A stretch of 64,000 nt of DNA, the filler included, from Nanobdellota archaeon (lineage in GTDB: Archaea > Nanobdellota > Nanobdellia > Woesearchaeales > CAZZGN01): the NCBI GenBank assembly GCA_051819665.1. It is 5 parts of 5 records of this genome, joined end to end, with 100 filler letters (N's around TTAATTAATTAA, not from the genome) between each part and the next. Parts side by side here need not be neighbours in the genome. Positions count along the whole stretch, not along the records: positions 14,202 to 28,027 come from JBNJDG010000028.1; 4 more parts are not named here. One strand, 5' to 3'. The notes under the pieces are model-generated. The model was not told the origin of the DNA. It saw only the letters and a program-made list of their open reading frames with translations, and did no database searches. Shown here one piece after another: positions 18,762-27,825 of this stretch. The number at the start of each line of letters is the position of its first letter. The stretch's first letter is position 1. The position numbers and the translations under genes are program-made.

Positions 18762-20449
18762 AGAAGCTCCATGATGAGCTTATAGGGAAGATTGCAGCAG
18801 GAGAGGTCATAGAAAGGCCTGCCTCTGTCGTGAAGGAGCTCGTAGAGAACAGCATAGATGCAGGTTCAGACAGGATCACCGTAGAGACTGAAGAAGCAGG
18901 GGCGAAGCTGATAAGGGTAAAGGACAACGGGCCCGGCATGGATGAGGAAGACCTGAGGAATTCTATAAAGAGACACACCACTTCGAAGATAAAGGACGAG
19001 GAGGATCTTTACAGCATAAACAGCCTCGGCTTCAGAGGAGAAGCACTCGCCTCTATAGCTTCTGTATCAAAGCTCAGGATAAGGACAGGAAGGGACGAGC
19101 CGGGGAAAGAGCTGATCTATGAAGGACAGGATAAGGAAGAGATCAATGATATAACTCCCCCTGAAGGAACGATAATAGAAGTGAATGACCTTTTCCACAA
19201 CACTCCCGCAAGGAAGAAGTATATGAAATCAAGAGCTACTGAGGCCTCAAAGATCTCGGACATAGTGACAAGGTACTCCTTGAATTATCCTTCAGTCCAT
19301 ATAAAGCTCATACATAACGGGAAAACAGTAATTGATTCCCCTTCCACAGATAGCATGCTCAACAATCTCGTCTCCCTATACGGGAAAGATATATGCAGGA
19401 ACCTTCTCGATGTGAATCATGAATCCGGGAAGATCCGTGTAAAAGGTTACATCTCCAGGCCAGAGCTTACGAGGAAGACAAGAGACTACCAAACCCTCTT
19501 CGTGAACGGGAGATATGTGAAGAACAAGGCCATAACGGATGCTGTCTATGAAGCTTACGGCAGTCTCCTGTTTCATGGCACTAATCCGGTTTTCGTGCTC
19601 GATATAAGACTCGATCCGGAAGAGGTGGACGTGAATGTCCATCCATCCAAGATGGAGATCAAGCTGAGCCATGATGATCTAATAAAGTATACTGTAAAGA
19701 AAGCCATCAGTGAAAGGCTTGAGAAGGAAGAACACATCCCTGAGATCAAGGAAGAACCTCAAAGGACGCTTAGCGTGAACGAAGAGAAAGAGACGAGGAA
19801 TTACAGGTTCGAGACCGAGAGACAGCAGGAGCTCCGGCCTGAAATCTCCGGACCAAGCGAGTCCAAACCCAGAGAAGAAGAAAAGACTTCTACTAAGACA
19901 GATGATTTCATCATACATGGGCAGGTGGATAAGACATACATCCTCGCTGAAGATGAGAAAGGCCTTCTTATAATTGACCAGCATGCGGCAGAAGAGAGGA
20001 TAAATTTCGAGAGGTTCCTCAGCGAGAAAGAGAACATCCCTGAACAGGAATTGGTCGAGCCTGTTACCTTAGAGGTCACTGCAAAGGAAGCAGAGAAGAT
20101 CAAGAGCATGATGGATGATATTTCAAAGCTGGGTTTCGGTATTGAGGAATTCGGGATAAACACGTTCATCATAAGGAGAGCTCCTGAAGTATTATCCGAA
20201 CAGAAGACAAAAACCTTCATCCACGAGCTCCTTGAGGAGAATCTTGATGAACTGACTTATGATAAGATAGCCACAAAGGCCTGCAGGTCTTCTGTAAAAG
20301 CAGGGGAGGAAAAGACACATTCAGCAATGAAAGATACCCTTAAGAGACTGAAAAAGTGTGAGAATCCTTATACATGCCCCCATGGAAGGCCCACCATGCT
20401 GAGGTATACAATAAAGGAACTCGAGAAGATGTTTAAGAGAGTCGTGTAA
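18749..20449 (+). CDS. mutL: DNA mismatch repair endonuclease MutL
   Basis: IAAGEVIERPASVVKELVENSIDA, GFRGEAL, DVNVHPSK; endonuclease motifs DQHAAEERINFE, ACR, CPHGRP. Confidence 0.98.
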   Translation: MVRIKKLHDELIGKIAAGEVIERPASVVKELVENSIDAGSDRITVETEEAGAKLIRVKDNGPGMDEEDLRNSIKRHTTSKIKDEEDLYSINSLGFRGEALASIASVSKLRIRTGRDEPGKELIYEGQDKEEINDITPPEGTIIEVNDLFHNTPARKKYMKSRATEASKISDIVTRYSLNYPSVHIKLIHNGKTVIDSPSTDSMLNNLVSLYGKDICRNLLDVNHESGKIRVKGYISRPELTRKTRDYQTLFVNGRYVKNKAITDAVYEAYGSLLFHGTNPVFVLDIRLDPEEVDVNVHPSKMEIKLSHDDLIKYTVKKAISERLEKEEHIPEIKEEPQRTLSVNEEKETRNYRFETERQQELRPEISGPSESKPREEEKTSTKTDDFIIHGQVDKTYILAEDEKGLLIIDQHAAEERINFERFLSEKENIPEQELVEPVTLEVTAKEAEKIKSMMDDISKLGFGIEEFGINTFIIRRAPEVLSEQKTKTFIHELLEENLDELTYDKIATKACRSSVKAGEEKTHSAMKDTLKRLKKCENPYTCPHGRPTMLRYTIKELEKMFKRVV

Positions 20450-20509
20450 TCACTGTAAAGTATTGAATAAAGGAAAGATTTTTATATATTGTTCTTTACC
20501 CCTTTGCTT

Positions 20510-20998
20510 ATGAACCCGGGGTTACTCGTTGTTGATCTCTTCAAGGATATTTCCGATGATATTAATATGTACAATTCTGTCAATGTATCACCAGAGAAGG
20601 TTCTGGAGAATATAAAGGAACTAAGCAATGAGATGCCGGTTATTGTCTCGAATGACAGGGATTATGAACCGGCTGACTTCCTGAAAGATCATAAGATAAT
20701 CGAGAAATACACAGGGAGCGGCTTCAGATATACCTCACTGGATAAGGAAGTTAAAGGAGCAGACCCGCTTATAGTAAGTGGTTTCAGTATGATAAGCTGT
20801 GTCAAGGAGACCATAAGGGATGTTCCGGATGATATCAATATCTATTCATCATACGACCTTATGCTCACTGTATCTAACTCTATAAAAGATATCAATGAAA
20901 GCATGGAATTCTTCAGGAACAATGAACAGCTGACCATGTTCTCCAGCTATGAAAATCTTAAAGATAAGCTGTACAAAATCCCTTCAACTTCTCAGTAA
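20510..20998 (+). CDS. Isochorismatase-like cysteine hydrolase
   Basis: LLVVD, EKYTGSGF and SCVKET give a plausible Asp-Lys-Cys triad. Confidence 0.6.
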   Translation: MNPGLLVVDLFKDISDDINMYNSVNVSPEKVLENIKELSNEMPVIVSNDRDYEPADFLKDHKIIEKYTGSGFRYTSLDKEVKGADPLIVSGFSMISCVKETIRDVPDDINIYSSYDLMLTVSNSIKDINESMEFFRNNEQLTMFSSYENLKDKLYKIPSTSQ

Positions 20999-21031
20999 GA
21001 TTTATATAATCTTCCGAAGCTCATTATCCTG

Positions 21032-21598
21032 ATGAGAGATTATACTATTGTCGATATAGAAACAACGGGCCTTTCAAGAGCAAGAGACTGTATAACAGAG
21101 ATCGCAGCCATGAGGGTGAAGGATGACAGCGTAATGGAATTCTCTCAACTGGTCAATCCTGAAGTCCCCATTCCAGGGCATATCAAAAGGCTCACCGGCA
21201 TAGACGATGAGATGGTCAGGGATAAGCCGAAGATCCATGAAGTGATCCCTGAATTCCTTGACTTCCTCGGAGAGAGCATCTTTATAGCCCATAACGCTTC
21301 TTTCGATTATGGTTTCCTCAAACACAACATAGAGCTCTCGAACAGGTGCTTCGAGAACCATAAGCTCTGCACCAGGAAACTGGCCAACAGGCTTGTGCCC
21401 GAACTTGGAAGCAAGAAATTAAGCTGTCTCTGTGAACACTTTGATATAAGGAATGAACAGGCCCACAGGGCGATGTCAGATGTAAAGGCGACGCATGAGC
21501 TTTTCCTCAAACTTCTCGAAAGGATGAAAGAGAAAGGAATAGATGGAAAAGAAAAGATATTAAGGTTTGAAAGGAAACCAAAGAAAAAGATTCAATAA
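21032..21598 (+). CDS. DEDDh 3'-5' exonuclease (DnaQ/PolC-exonuclease-like)
   Basis: ExoI DIETTG, ExoII AHNASFD, ExoIII HRAMSD. Confidence 0.92.
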   Translation: MRDYTIVDIETTGLSRARDCITEIAAMRVKDDSVMEFSQLVNPEVPIPGHIKRLTGIDDEMVRDKPKIHEVIPEFLDFLGESIFIAHNASFDYGFLKHNIELSNRCFENHKLCTRKLANRLVPELGSKKLSCLCEHFDIRNEQAHRAMSDVKATHELFLKLLERMKEKGIDGKEKILRFERKPKKKIQ

Positions 21599-23025
21599 TT
21601 TTTGGAGAAATACACATAACTTGAAGCTTCTCTCCCGCAGAAGAAACATTTCCCTTCAGGCTTCTCACTATCGAGAGGTATGCACCTGGTAGTAGCCGAG
21701 GTCTCATCCTTGATGTTCTCCTCGCAGTCCTTCTCACAGCAGAACTTCGTCTTTATGAGCTTCCTCTCTTCAACGGCTTTCCTGAACTGATTGAAATTCT
21801 CCGCCTCGACAGTATTCTCCTGCATCTTCTGTTTGGCCTTCGCGAAAAGGTCATTATGCATATGAAGAAGCATATCGGCAACTTCCGCCTTGATATTGTC
21901 TATACGGACAGGCTTCTTCTCTCCGGTATCCCTCCTGACTAAGACTGCCTGGGAATTATCAACATCCTTTGGACCTATCTCGATCCTTACCGGAGTGCCT
22001 TTCATCTCCCACTCATTGAACTTCCAGCCAGGATTGTAGGAATCCCTGTCATCAAGGAAAGGATTATGCTCTCTCAATGCATCCTTGATCTCTTCCGCCT
22101 TGTTCATCACCTTCTCTCTCGTCTTATCGAAAAGGATCGGCACTATAACAACTTTCTCCGGAGCGACTCTCGGAGGAAGAACAAGCCCATTGTTATCCGA
22201 ATGGAGCATCACCATGCCTCCAAGCATCCTCGTCGAGATACCCCAGGAGTTCTGCCAGGGGTATTTCTTCTTCTCATCCTTGTCCGAATACTGTATCCCG
22301 AAAGCCTTGGCGAAACCCTGGCCGAGGTTATGTGAAGTTCCCAGCTGAAGAGCCTTACCGTCGGGCATGAAGCCTTCTATCGTATATGTCCTCTTAGCCC
22401 CTGCAAACCTTTCTTTAGGTGTCTTTTCACCCAATATGACGGGCATAGCTAAAAGGTCTTCAGCCACTTTCCTGTAATCCTCAAGGAAAGAGAGAAGCTC
22501 CCGCTGGCATTCTTCTTCTGTCTCATAAACACAGTGACCTTCCTGCCAGAGGAACTCTCTTGATCTGAGGAAAAGCTTTACATCCTGCACTTCCCATCTG
22601 CAGACATTACACCACTGATTGAGCCTAAGAGGCAGGTCCCTGTGGCTCCTGATCCATTTAGAATAGGAATCGTACATTATCGTCTCTGAGGTAGGCCTTA
22701 TGGCAAGCCTCTCAGCACCCTCTTCCTTGTTCTCTATCCACGCAACTTCAGGCGAAAAGCCTTCTGCATGGTCTGCCTCTTTCCTGAAGAAAGACTCGGG
22801 GATGAAGAGAGGGAAATAAGCGTTCTTCACACCCTTCTCTTTAATTATATTATCAAAATACCTTGTCAGGTTCTCCCAGCAGGAATAAGCAAGAGGCCTT
22901 ATTATCATGCATCCCTTCACGGGCGCATAATCCGCAAAGCCGGCCTTAAGTATGACCTGGCTATACCATTCATTGATGTCCTCTTCCTTCTTGACGGTTA
23001 TGCCTTTGGTTTTTTCTTTTGCCAT
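21592..23025 (-). CDS. proS: Proline--tRNA ligase (archaeal/eukaryotic type)
   Basis: RPTSET, QWCNVCRWE, REFLWQEGH, SWGISTR, C-terminal Zn domain. Confidence 0.97.
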   Translation of the reverse strand: MAKEKTKGITVKKEEDINEWYSQVILKAGFADYAPVKGCMIIRPLAYSCWENLTRYFDNIIKEKGVKNAYFPLFIPESFFRKEADHAEGFSPEVAWIENKEEGAERLAIRPTSETIMYDSYSKWIRSHRDLPLRLNQWCNVCRWEVQDVKLFLRSREFLWQEGHCVYETEEECQRELLSFLEDYRKVAEDLLAMPVILGEKTPKERFAGAKRTYTIEGFMPDGKALQLGTSHNLGQGFAKAFGIQYSDKDEKKKYPWQNSWGISTRMLGGMVMLHSDNNGLVLPPRVAPEKVVIVPILFDKTREKVMNKAEEIKDALREHNPFLDDRDSYNPGWKFNEWEMKGTPVRIEIGPKDVDNSQAVLVRRDTGEKKPVRIDNIKAEVADMLLHMHNDLFAKAKQKMQENTVEAENFNQFRKAVEERKLIKTKFCCEKDCEENIKDETSATTRCIPLDSEKPEGKCFFCGREASSYVYFSKNY

Positions 23026-23154
23026 GGCGAGTGTGTATTCCGGATTTTTATTTAAACTTTTCTTAGAACGTAGAGGTATTTATCTATATTTCTCTATATT
23101 TAAAACAAAACATTTATATATATGCTATACCGATATACATAATAGTATACTAAA

Positions 23155-23313
23155 ATGACACAAATAAAATACAAAGAAATAGTAAAGAACAAGAGACTCA
23201 CTGACTTTTCCGGAGTGAAGGAGATGGTCATCGCCAATAAGGTAAAGAATGTCCCTTCAGCCCTTAAAGCAGATAAGAGAGAATTTGATAAACATCTCGA
23301 TTTCTTCGATTAG
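23155..23313 (+). CDS. Small protein (52 aa) MTQIKYKEIVKNKRLTDFSG..KHLDFFD
   Basis: Read manually; TTTATATA box at about 23113-23120; divergent from proS. Confidence 0.5.
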   Translation: MTQIKYKEIVKNKRLTDFSGVKEMVIANKVKNVPSALKADKREFDKHLDFFD

Positions 23314-23573
23314 AATCTCCATTCACTATGTCCCCAGGCTATCACAAGATCGAAGCCTGCTTTCTCCATCTCCACCGGGAAATCGCAAGCACCATAACAA
23401 GTGCCGAAGTATATGAAAGGTTCTGCTGAAGTATCTTCTTTTATCTTATCAACGATCATCTTCGCGGCAGGCTTTAAGCCGTCCGGAAGCTGGATCAGGA
23501 CTTTCTTCGCCCCTTCCTTCTTTATCTTCTCTACGGCCTTCTCGATCTCAAGGTCATAATCATTATACATCAT
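23310..23573 (-). CDS. Stand-alone N-terminal domain of diphthamide synthase Dph2
   Basis: KVLIQLPDGLK, TCYGACD, IAWGHS; only about 87 aa with a clean stop. Confidence 0.8.
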   Translation of the reverse strand: MMYNDYDLEIEKAVEKIKKEGAKKVLIQLPDGLKPAAKMIVDKIKEDTSAEPFIYFGTCYGACDFPVEMEKAGFDLVIAWGHSEWRF

Positions 23574-23614
23574 AGGATTAAGACAGAAATAATAATATAT
23601 AAAATCATTGGAAT

Positions 23615-23737
23615 TCAACCGAATATCTCGTCAAGCTCATGCTTGGAGACTTTCTCCTTGCTGAGTATGTTCTTATAGCTCCTTCCCTTGTTCATAGGAT
23701 CCACATCGAACATTGACTGCTCTTCTTCCTCTTCCAT
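23615..23737 (-). CDS. Micro-ORF B (40 aa) MEEEEEQSMFDVDPMNKGRSYKNILSKEKVSKHELDEIFG
   Basis: Starts 2 nt after the stop of micro-ORF A. Confidence 0.5.
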   Translation of the reverse strand: MEEEEEQSMFDVDPMNKGRSYKNILSKEKVSKHELDEIFG

Positions 23738-23739
23738 AC

Positions 23740-23817
23740 TTACCACATATAATAATTGCTCAACTCACCTGAGCTTTTCTTTACTTCCCTGATAACATTC
23801 TCGAGTTTTTCATCCAT
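23740..23817 (-). CDS. Micro-ORF A (25 aa) MDEKLENVIREVKKSSGELSNYYMW
   Basis: Strong SD GGGTGATC just upstream of the ATG. Confidence 0.5.
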   Translation of the reverse strand: MDEKLENVIREVKKSSGELSNYYMW

Positions 23818-23835
23818 TATAGATCACCCTTTTTG

Positions 23836-23907
23836 TAAAAATGAAGTGCCCGAAGGGGAATTGAGGTGGGGAGATCGAAAACCCCTTGGGCAGATAGGCC
23901 TTCATTT
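23836..23907 (-). ncRNA. Candidate structured leader or small RNA with a C-rich loop
   Basis: AUGAAG-(7-nt bulge)-UGCCCAAGGGG pairs with CCCCUU(C)GGGCA-CUUCAU, followed by a U run; GC-rich patch in an AT-rich spacer directly downstream of a TATA box. Confidence 0.55.
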
Positions 23908-23929
23908 ATCTACTTGTAGGTAACACTAA

Positions 23930-23944
23930 TATATAAATCTTTCG
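23930..23944 (-). promoter_or_regulatory. BRE-TATA promoter CGAAAGATTTATATA driving the hairpin and micro-ORF transcript
   Basis: Identical to the 15-mer at 13158; predicted start site near 23905-23912. Confidence 0.65.
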
Positions 23945-23995
23945 ATTTTGTGCTTACTTTCTAGTGACAAAAAATGAAGTAAATTTCATATCAAC

Positions 23996-24298
23996 TCAGA
24001 ACTTATATCTGTAACGCATCATATTCCTGCATTCAAGACATGTATAGACAACATTATGTTTCCTGAACCTCACCCTACAGCTCCGGGCAGGTATCATCAC
24101 AGCTCCGCAACTATTACAGAAGAACCTTTTCAGATCTTTAGGGAAAGAGAGATTATACTTCCTGGCAAGAGTCCTCGACAACTCTACGTATCTCTTCCCG
24201 AGCTTGTCATTCCCTCTCTCAAGAGCATAGGACATCAGCTTCCTTATCCTCTTCAAAGCGATGCTTTTCTGTTCCTTCTTATCCTGCGGTTTGGCCAT
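23996..24298 (-). CDS. rnp4: Ribonuclease P protein component 4 (Rpp21)
   Basis: IALKRIRKL, RYVELSR, KRFFCNSC..YTCLEC Zn ribbon. Confidence 0.9.
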   Translation of the reverse strand: MAKPQDKKEQKSIALKRIRKLMSYALERGNDKLGKRYVELSRTLARKYNLSFPKDLKRFFCNSCGAVMIPARSCRVRFRKHNVVYTCLECRNMMRYRYKF

Positions 24299-24337
24299 AG
24301 TCGAGAGAGGCTTAGAAATAATATATATTTGTTTGGG

Positions 24338-25372
24338 TCAGTGACTTATGACTCCTCCTCCGAGACATTCCTCAGCTTTATAGAACACGCAATACTGCCC
24401 CGGAGTAACCGCTTTCCTCGGCTTATCGAATGAGACCCTTATGGAACCATCTTCCGGAGGATAGACTGTCGCTTCGCTAGATAGGGAATCCCCGTACCTG
24501 ATCTTCGCCATTACCCTCACAGGCTCATCAATATTGTCAATCATATTATAAGGGCTCAATTTGATATGCTGCTTATTCTTAGTCTCCTCCCTCTTATCAG
24601 TGACTATGATAGTGTTCTTCTCCTTGTCTATCTCCTTGACATAATACGTCCCCTGAAGTGAAAGTCCCCTCCTCTGACCTATGGTATAGAAATGAAGGCC
24701 CTTATGCTTCCCGAGAACATTCCCTTCCTCATCCACTATATCTCCGGGATTCCTGCCTAGATTGTCCTCGATGAAAGGTTTCATATCCTTCTTATCCATG
24801 AAGCATAGGTCCTGGCTCTGTTTCTTGTTCACCAGCTTATGGAATTCATTCTCCTTAGCGATCTTATAGATCTCATCCTTCGTGTAATCGCCTAAAGGCA
24901 GGATGATCCTCCTCAACCATTCTTTAGGGAACAGGCAAAGGCCGTAAGTCTGGTCCTTCTCTTTATCCTTCGCCATGAAAAGCCTTCCATCCCTTATTTT
25001 CGCATAATGGCCGGTTGCAACATATCTTATGTCATTCTTATCTGCAAACTCAAAGAGTTTCCTGAATTTCAGATTACGATTGCAGTAGATGCACGGGTTT
25101 GGAGTCCTTTTCTCCTTCAATTCTTTTAGATAATATCCTTCTATAACTGTCTTCCTGAAATCCTCCGAGACATCAAGTACATGATGGGGTGTATCCAGCT
25201 CTTCGCAGATCTCCCTCGCATGTTCTATAGAGTCAGAAGCCGGATTCTCCTTGTTTATGCCGTAAAAGATCATAGATACCCCTATAGGTGAATATCCCTG
25301 TTCCTTCAATAGGTATAAGGTGATCGATGAATCAACGCCTCCCGACATTCCGACGACAACTTTCTCTGGCAT
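24338..25372 (-). CDS. mnmA: tRNA-specific 2-thiouridylase MnmA (bacterial type)
   Basis: SGGVDS PP-loop, TPNPCIYCN, ATGHYA, KDQTY, SQDLCF, YTIGQRRGL, TPGQ. Confidence 0.96.
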   Translation of the reverse strand: MPEKVVVGMSGGVDSSITLYLLKEQGYSPIGVSMIFYGINKENPASDSIEHAREICEELDTPHHVLDVSEDFRKTVIEGYYLKELKEKRTPNPCIYCNRNLKFRKLFEFADKNDIRYVATGHYAKIRDGRLFMAKDKEKDQTYGLCLFPKEWLRRIILPLGDYTKDEIYKIAKENEFHKLVNKKQSQDLCFMDKKDMKPFIEDNLGRNPGDIVDEEGNVLGKHKGLHFYTIGQRRGLSLQGTYYVKEIDKEKNTIIVTDKREETKNKQHIKLSPYNMIDNIDEPVRVMAKIRYGDSLSSEATVYPPEDGSIRVSFDKPRKAVTPGQYCVFYKAEECLGGGVISH

Positions 25373-25578
25373 AATCGCTGGTGTTCAGGCAGGATTTTTA
25401 ACATTTGCTATAAACAGTGAGGATTGAGAACCATGATGTTTGAATACCCAATAAAAGATACTTAAAACATGATCTAACACATGCCTATATACCTTTTATT
25501 TACACCCTTATTGAACCCATATTTCTGACCATAATTGCCCTAAAACAAAACACTTAAATATAACCATATCTAATGGCT

Positions 25579-25606
25579 TTTTGTTTTGGTTATAACTAAA
25601 ACAAAA
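25579..25606. promoter_or_regulatory. Near-perfect 28-bp palindrome upstream of the AAA ATPase gene
   Basis: TTTTGTTTTGGTTATAACTAAAACAAAA, one mismatched pair. Confidence 0.45.
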
Positions 25607-25628
25607 TAAAGTTTATTTTGGTGAGATT

Positions 25629-26888
25629 GTGCTAACCAGAAAAATTTACGATACACTCCTTGGAGAAAAGAAGGAAAGAGAAATATCAATCATAATAGGC
25701 CCCAGACAAGTAGGGAAGACAACCCTGCTGCACCAGGTTTATGATGAATGTAAGACAGATAATAACGCATTATTTTTAGACCTAGATATAGCTTCAAACG
25801 CCTTCAAACTAGAGAGCTATGAACAGATCATAAGCACGCTTCAACTTCATGGATATGAGAAAGATCAAGAAGAGACATTTTACCTGTTTCTTGATGAATT
25901 CCAAAGATACGGCGACATAACCAAAATAATGAAAAATCTTTATGACAACCATAAGAACATCAAGATTTATGCAACGGGATCCTCATCACTCCAAATTAAG
26001 AACAATGTACAGGAATCACTTGCTGGAAGAAAGATCATACACAATCTTCACCCTTTAAGTTTCGAAGAATTCCTGAAGTTTAAAGGAGACAAGGATGCAA
26101 TCAATAAATATCAAAATATCAAAAAACTGGCAGGAGAAAACATCCAATTCCCTCCATTAGAAAAATATCTGGAGGAGTTCCTGATTTTCGGAGGGTACCC
26201 TGCAGTTGTTTTAGCAAAGACAAGAGAAGAGAAGATTAAAAGGCTTAACAATATTTTTGATCTTTATGTGAAAAAAGAATTAGTCGAATATCTTGCCATC
26301 AATAAGATTATAGGAGTGAAAAAAGTAATCGAATATTTAGCAATCAACAACGGCCATAAGATAAAGTATGAAGAAGTGGCAGACAGATGCAATTTGACGA
26401 CTTATGAAGTAAAACAATTCATCGAAGTATTGAATGAGACATATATCACGACTGAGCTAAGGCCTTTTTATACCAATAAAAACAAAGAACTCGTAAAAAC
26501 ACCAAAGATATATTTTATTGATAATGGGGTCAGGAACTACTTCATAAATAATTTTAATAAGACAGGTATACGCTCAGATACAGGTCTCTTATTTGAAGGC
26601 TACATAATAAGCGAACTATTGAAGGAAAAAATACATCAACTCAAGTACTGGCAGGATAAACAGAAACATGAAGTGGATTTGATAATAGATGAGATAAGTT
26701 CGATTAGAGCCATAGAAATAAAATATAAAAAAAGGCCAAAAAGAGAAGATTACAGGCAGTTGGAAAGATTCATCAAAGAATATCCTCAGGCAAGAACAAC
26801 GCTTCTTAATACAGGAACGCAGCTCCAGGAAGATAAAATACAAACAATCATTGCATTAAATTTAGGGAAATATTTTGACAGAGAATAA
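25629..26888 (+). CDS. AAA_14 ATPase with C-terminal DUF4143 (PD-(D/E)xK-like) domain
   Basis: GPRQVGKTT, LFLDEFQ, ATGSSS, ESLAGR, FGGYP, KIYFIDNG, EVDLI..AIEIK. Confidence 0.9.
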   Translation: MLTRKIYDTLLGEKKEREISIIIGPRQVGKTTLLHQVYDECKTDNNALFLDLDIASNAFKLESYEQIISTLQLHGYEKDQEETFYLFLDEFQRYGDITKIMKNLYDNHKNIKIYATGSSSLQIKNNVQESLAGRKIIHNLHPLSFEEFLKFKGDKDAINKYQNIKKLAGENIQFPPLEKYLEEFLIFGGYPAVVLAKTREEKIKRLNNIFDLYVKKELVEYLAINKIIGVKKVIEYLAINNGHKIKYEEVADRCNLTTYEVKQFIEVLNETYITTELRPFYTNKNKELVKTPKIYFIDNGVRNYFINNFNKTGIRSDTGLLFEGYIISELLKEKIHQLKYWQDKQKHEVDLIIDEISSIRAIEIKYKKRPKREDYRQLERFIKEYPQARTTLLNTGTQLQEDKIQTIIALNLGKYFDRE

Positions 26889-26892
26889 TCAT

Positions 26893-27825
26893 TCATAACA
26901 AATACTGAAGCACATTAAACACATAACCTGTTATCAATATCCCCAGGGCGACTATCCCGAAGAAGATCAGTATAAGTTTTAATTTCATCGCTCTTCTGAG
27001 TATGACAGCTTCAGGGAAGCTTAAAGCAGCAGTTGCCATCATGAACGCTAAAGCTGTCCCTAAAGGTAGACCTTTGTTAAATAAAGCTACAGCTATAGGG
27101 ACTATGGCCGCACAACTACCATACATTGGAACACCTAATAAGACTGCCAGAGGCACAGCTGCAATACTACCTCCTACAAGAGACTGGACTGTCTCAGCAG
27201 GAACATAGTTATGAATGACTGCCCCTACACCAACACCCACAAGTATCCAGACCCAGAGTTTTCTGACAATGGATGTTGATTCGGAGAGACCAAATCTGAG
27301 CCTTTCCTTGAATGAATTGTAAACTTTCTCTTTCTCTTCAGGAACCATGTCTTTTTCAATATACCCAGACAGGTTCATCCTGCCAAGGACAAGACCCGAG
27401 AGAACACCTATCAATACACCGCTTATCACATAAGCAAGGGTTATCTTCCAGCCAAAAAAACCAAGCATCAGGACAACCAGGTACTCATTCACTAGAGGAG
27501 AAGTTATCAGGAAGGAGAAAGTGACGCCCAGGGGGACACCGGCTTTCAGGAAACTGAGGAAGATGGGTATAGATGAGCAAGAACAGAAAGGAGTAAGGGC
27601 TCCGAAACCTGAAGCCATAAGATTCCCTGAACCATACTTCCTGCCGGAAAGCCAGGCCTTCATATTTTTCCGGGAAACATAAGTCCTGATAAAACCAACA
27701 ACTGTTATCATCACGAACAACAGGAGTAATATCTTTACAGAATCATAAATGAAAAATTCCAGAGACTTTACCCAAGCGTTTGTCGGATCAAGACCCAAAA
27801 AAGAATATAATAACCAGTCTAGCAT
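26893..27825 (-). CDS. DUF318/ArsP-family permease
   Basis: GALTPFCSCSSIP, FLITSPLVN, GVPMYG, GTALAFMM, LSFPE. Confidence 0.88.
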   Translation of the reverse strand: MLDWLLYSFLGLDPTNAWVKSLEFFIYDSVKILLLLFVMITVVGFIRTYVSRKNMKAWLSGRKYGSGNLMASGFGALTPFCSCSSIPIFLSFLKAGVPLGVTFSFLITSPLVNEYLVVLMLGFFGWKITLAYVISGVLIGVLSGLVLGRMNLSGYIEKDMVPEEKEKVYNSFKERLRFGLSESTSIVRKLWVWILVGVGVGAVIHNYVPAETVQSLVGGSIAAVPLAVLLGVPMYGSCAAIVPIAVALFNKGLPLGTALAFMMATAALSFPEAVILRRAMKLKLILIFFGIVALGILITGYVFNVLQYLL

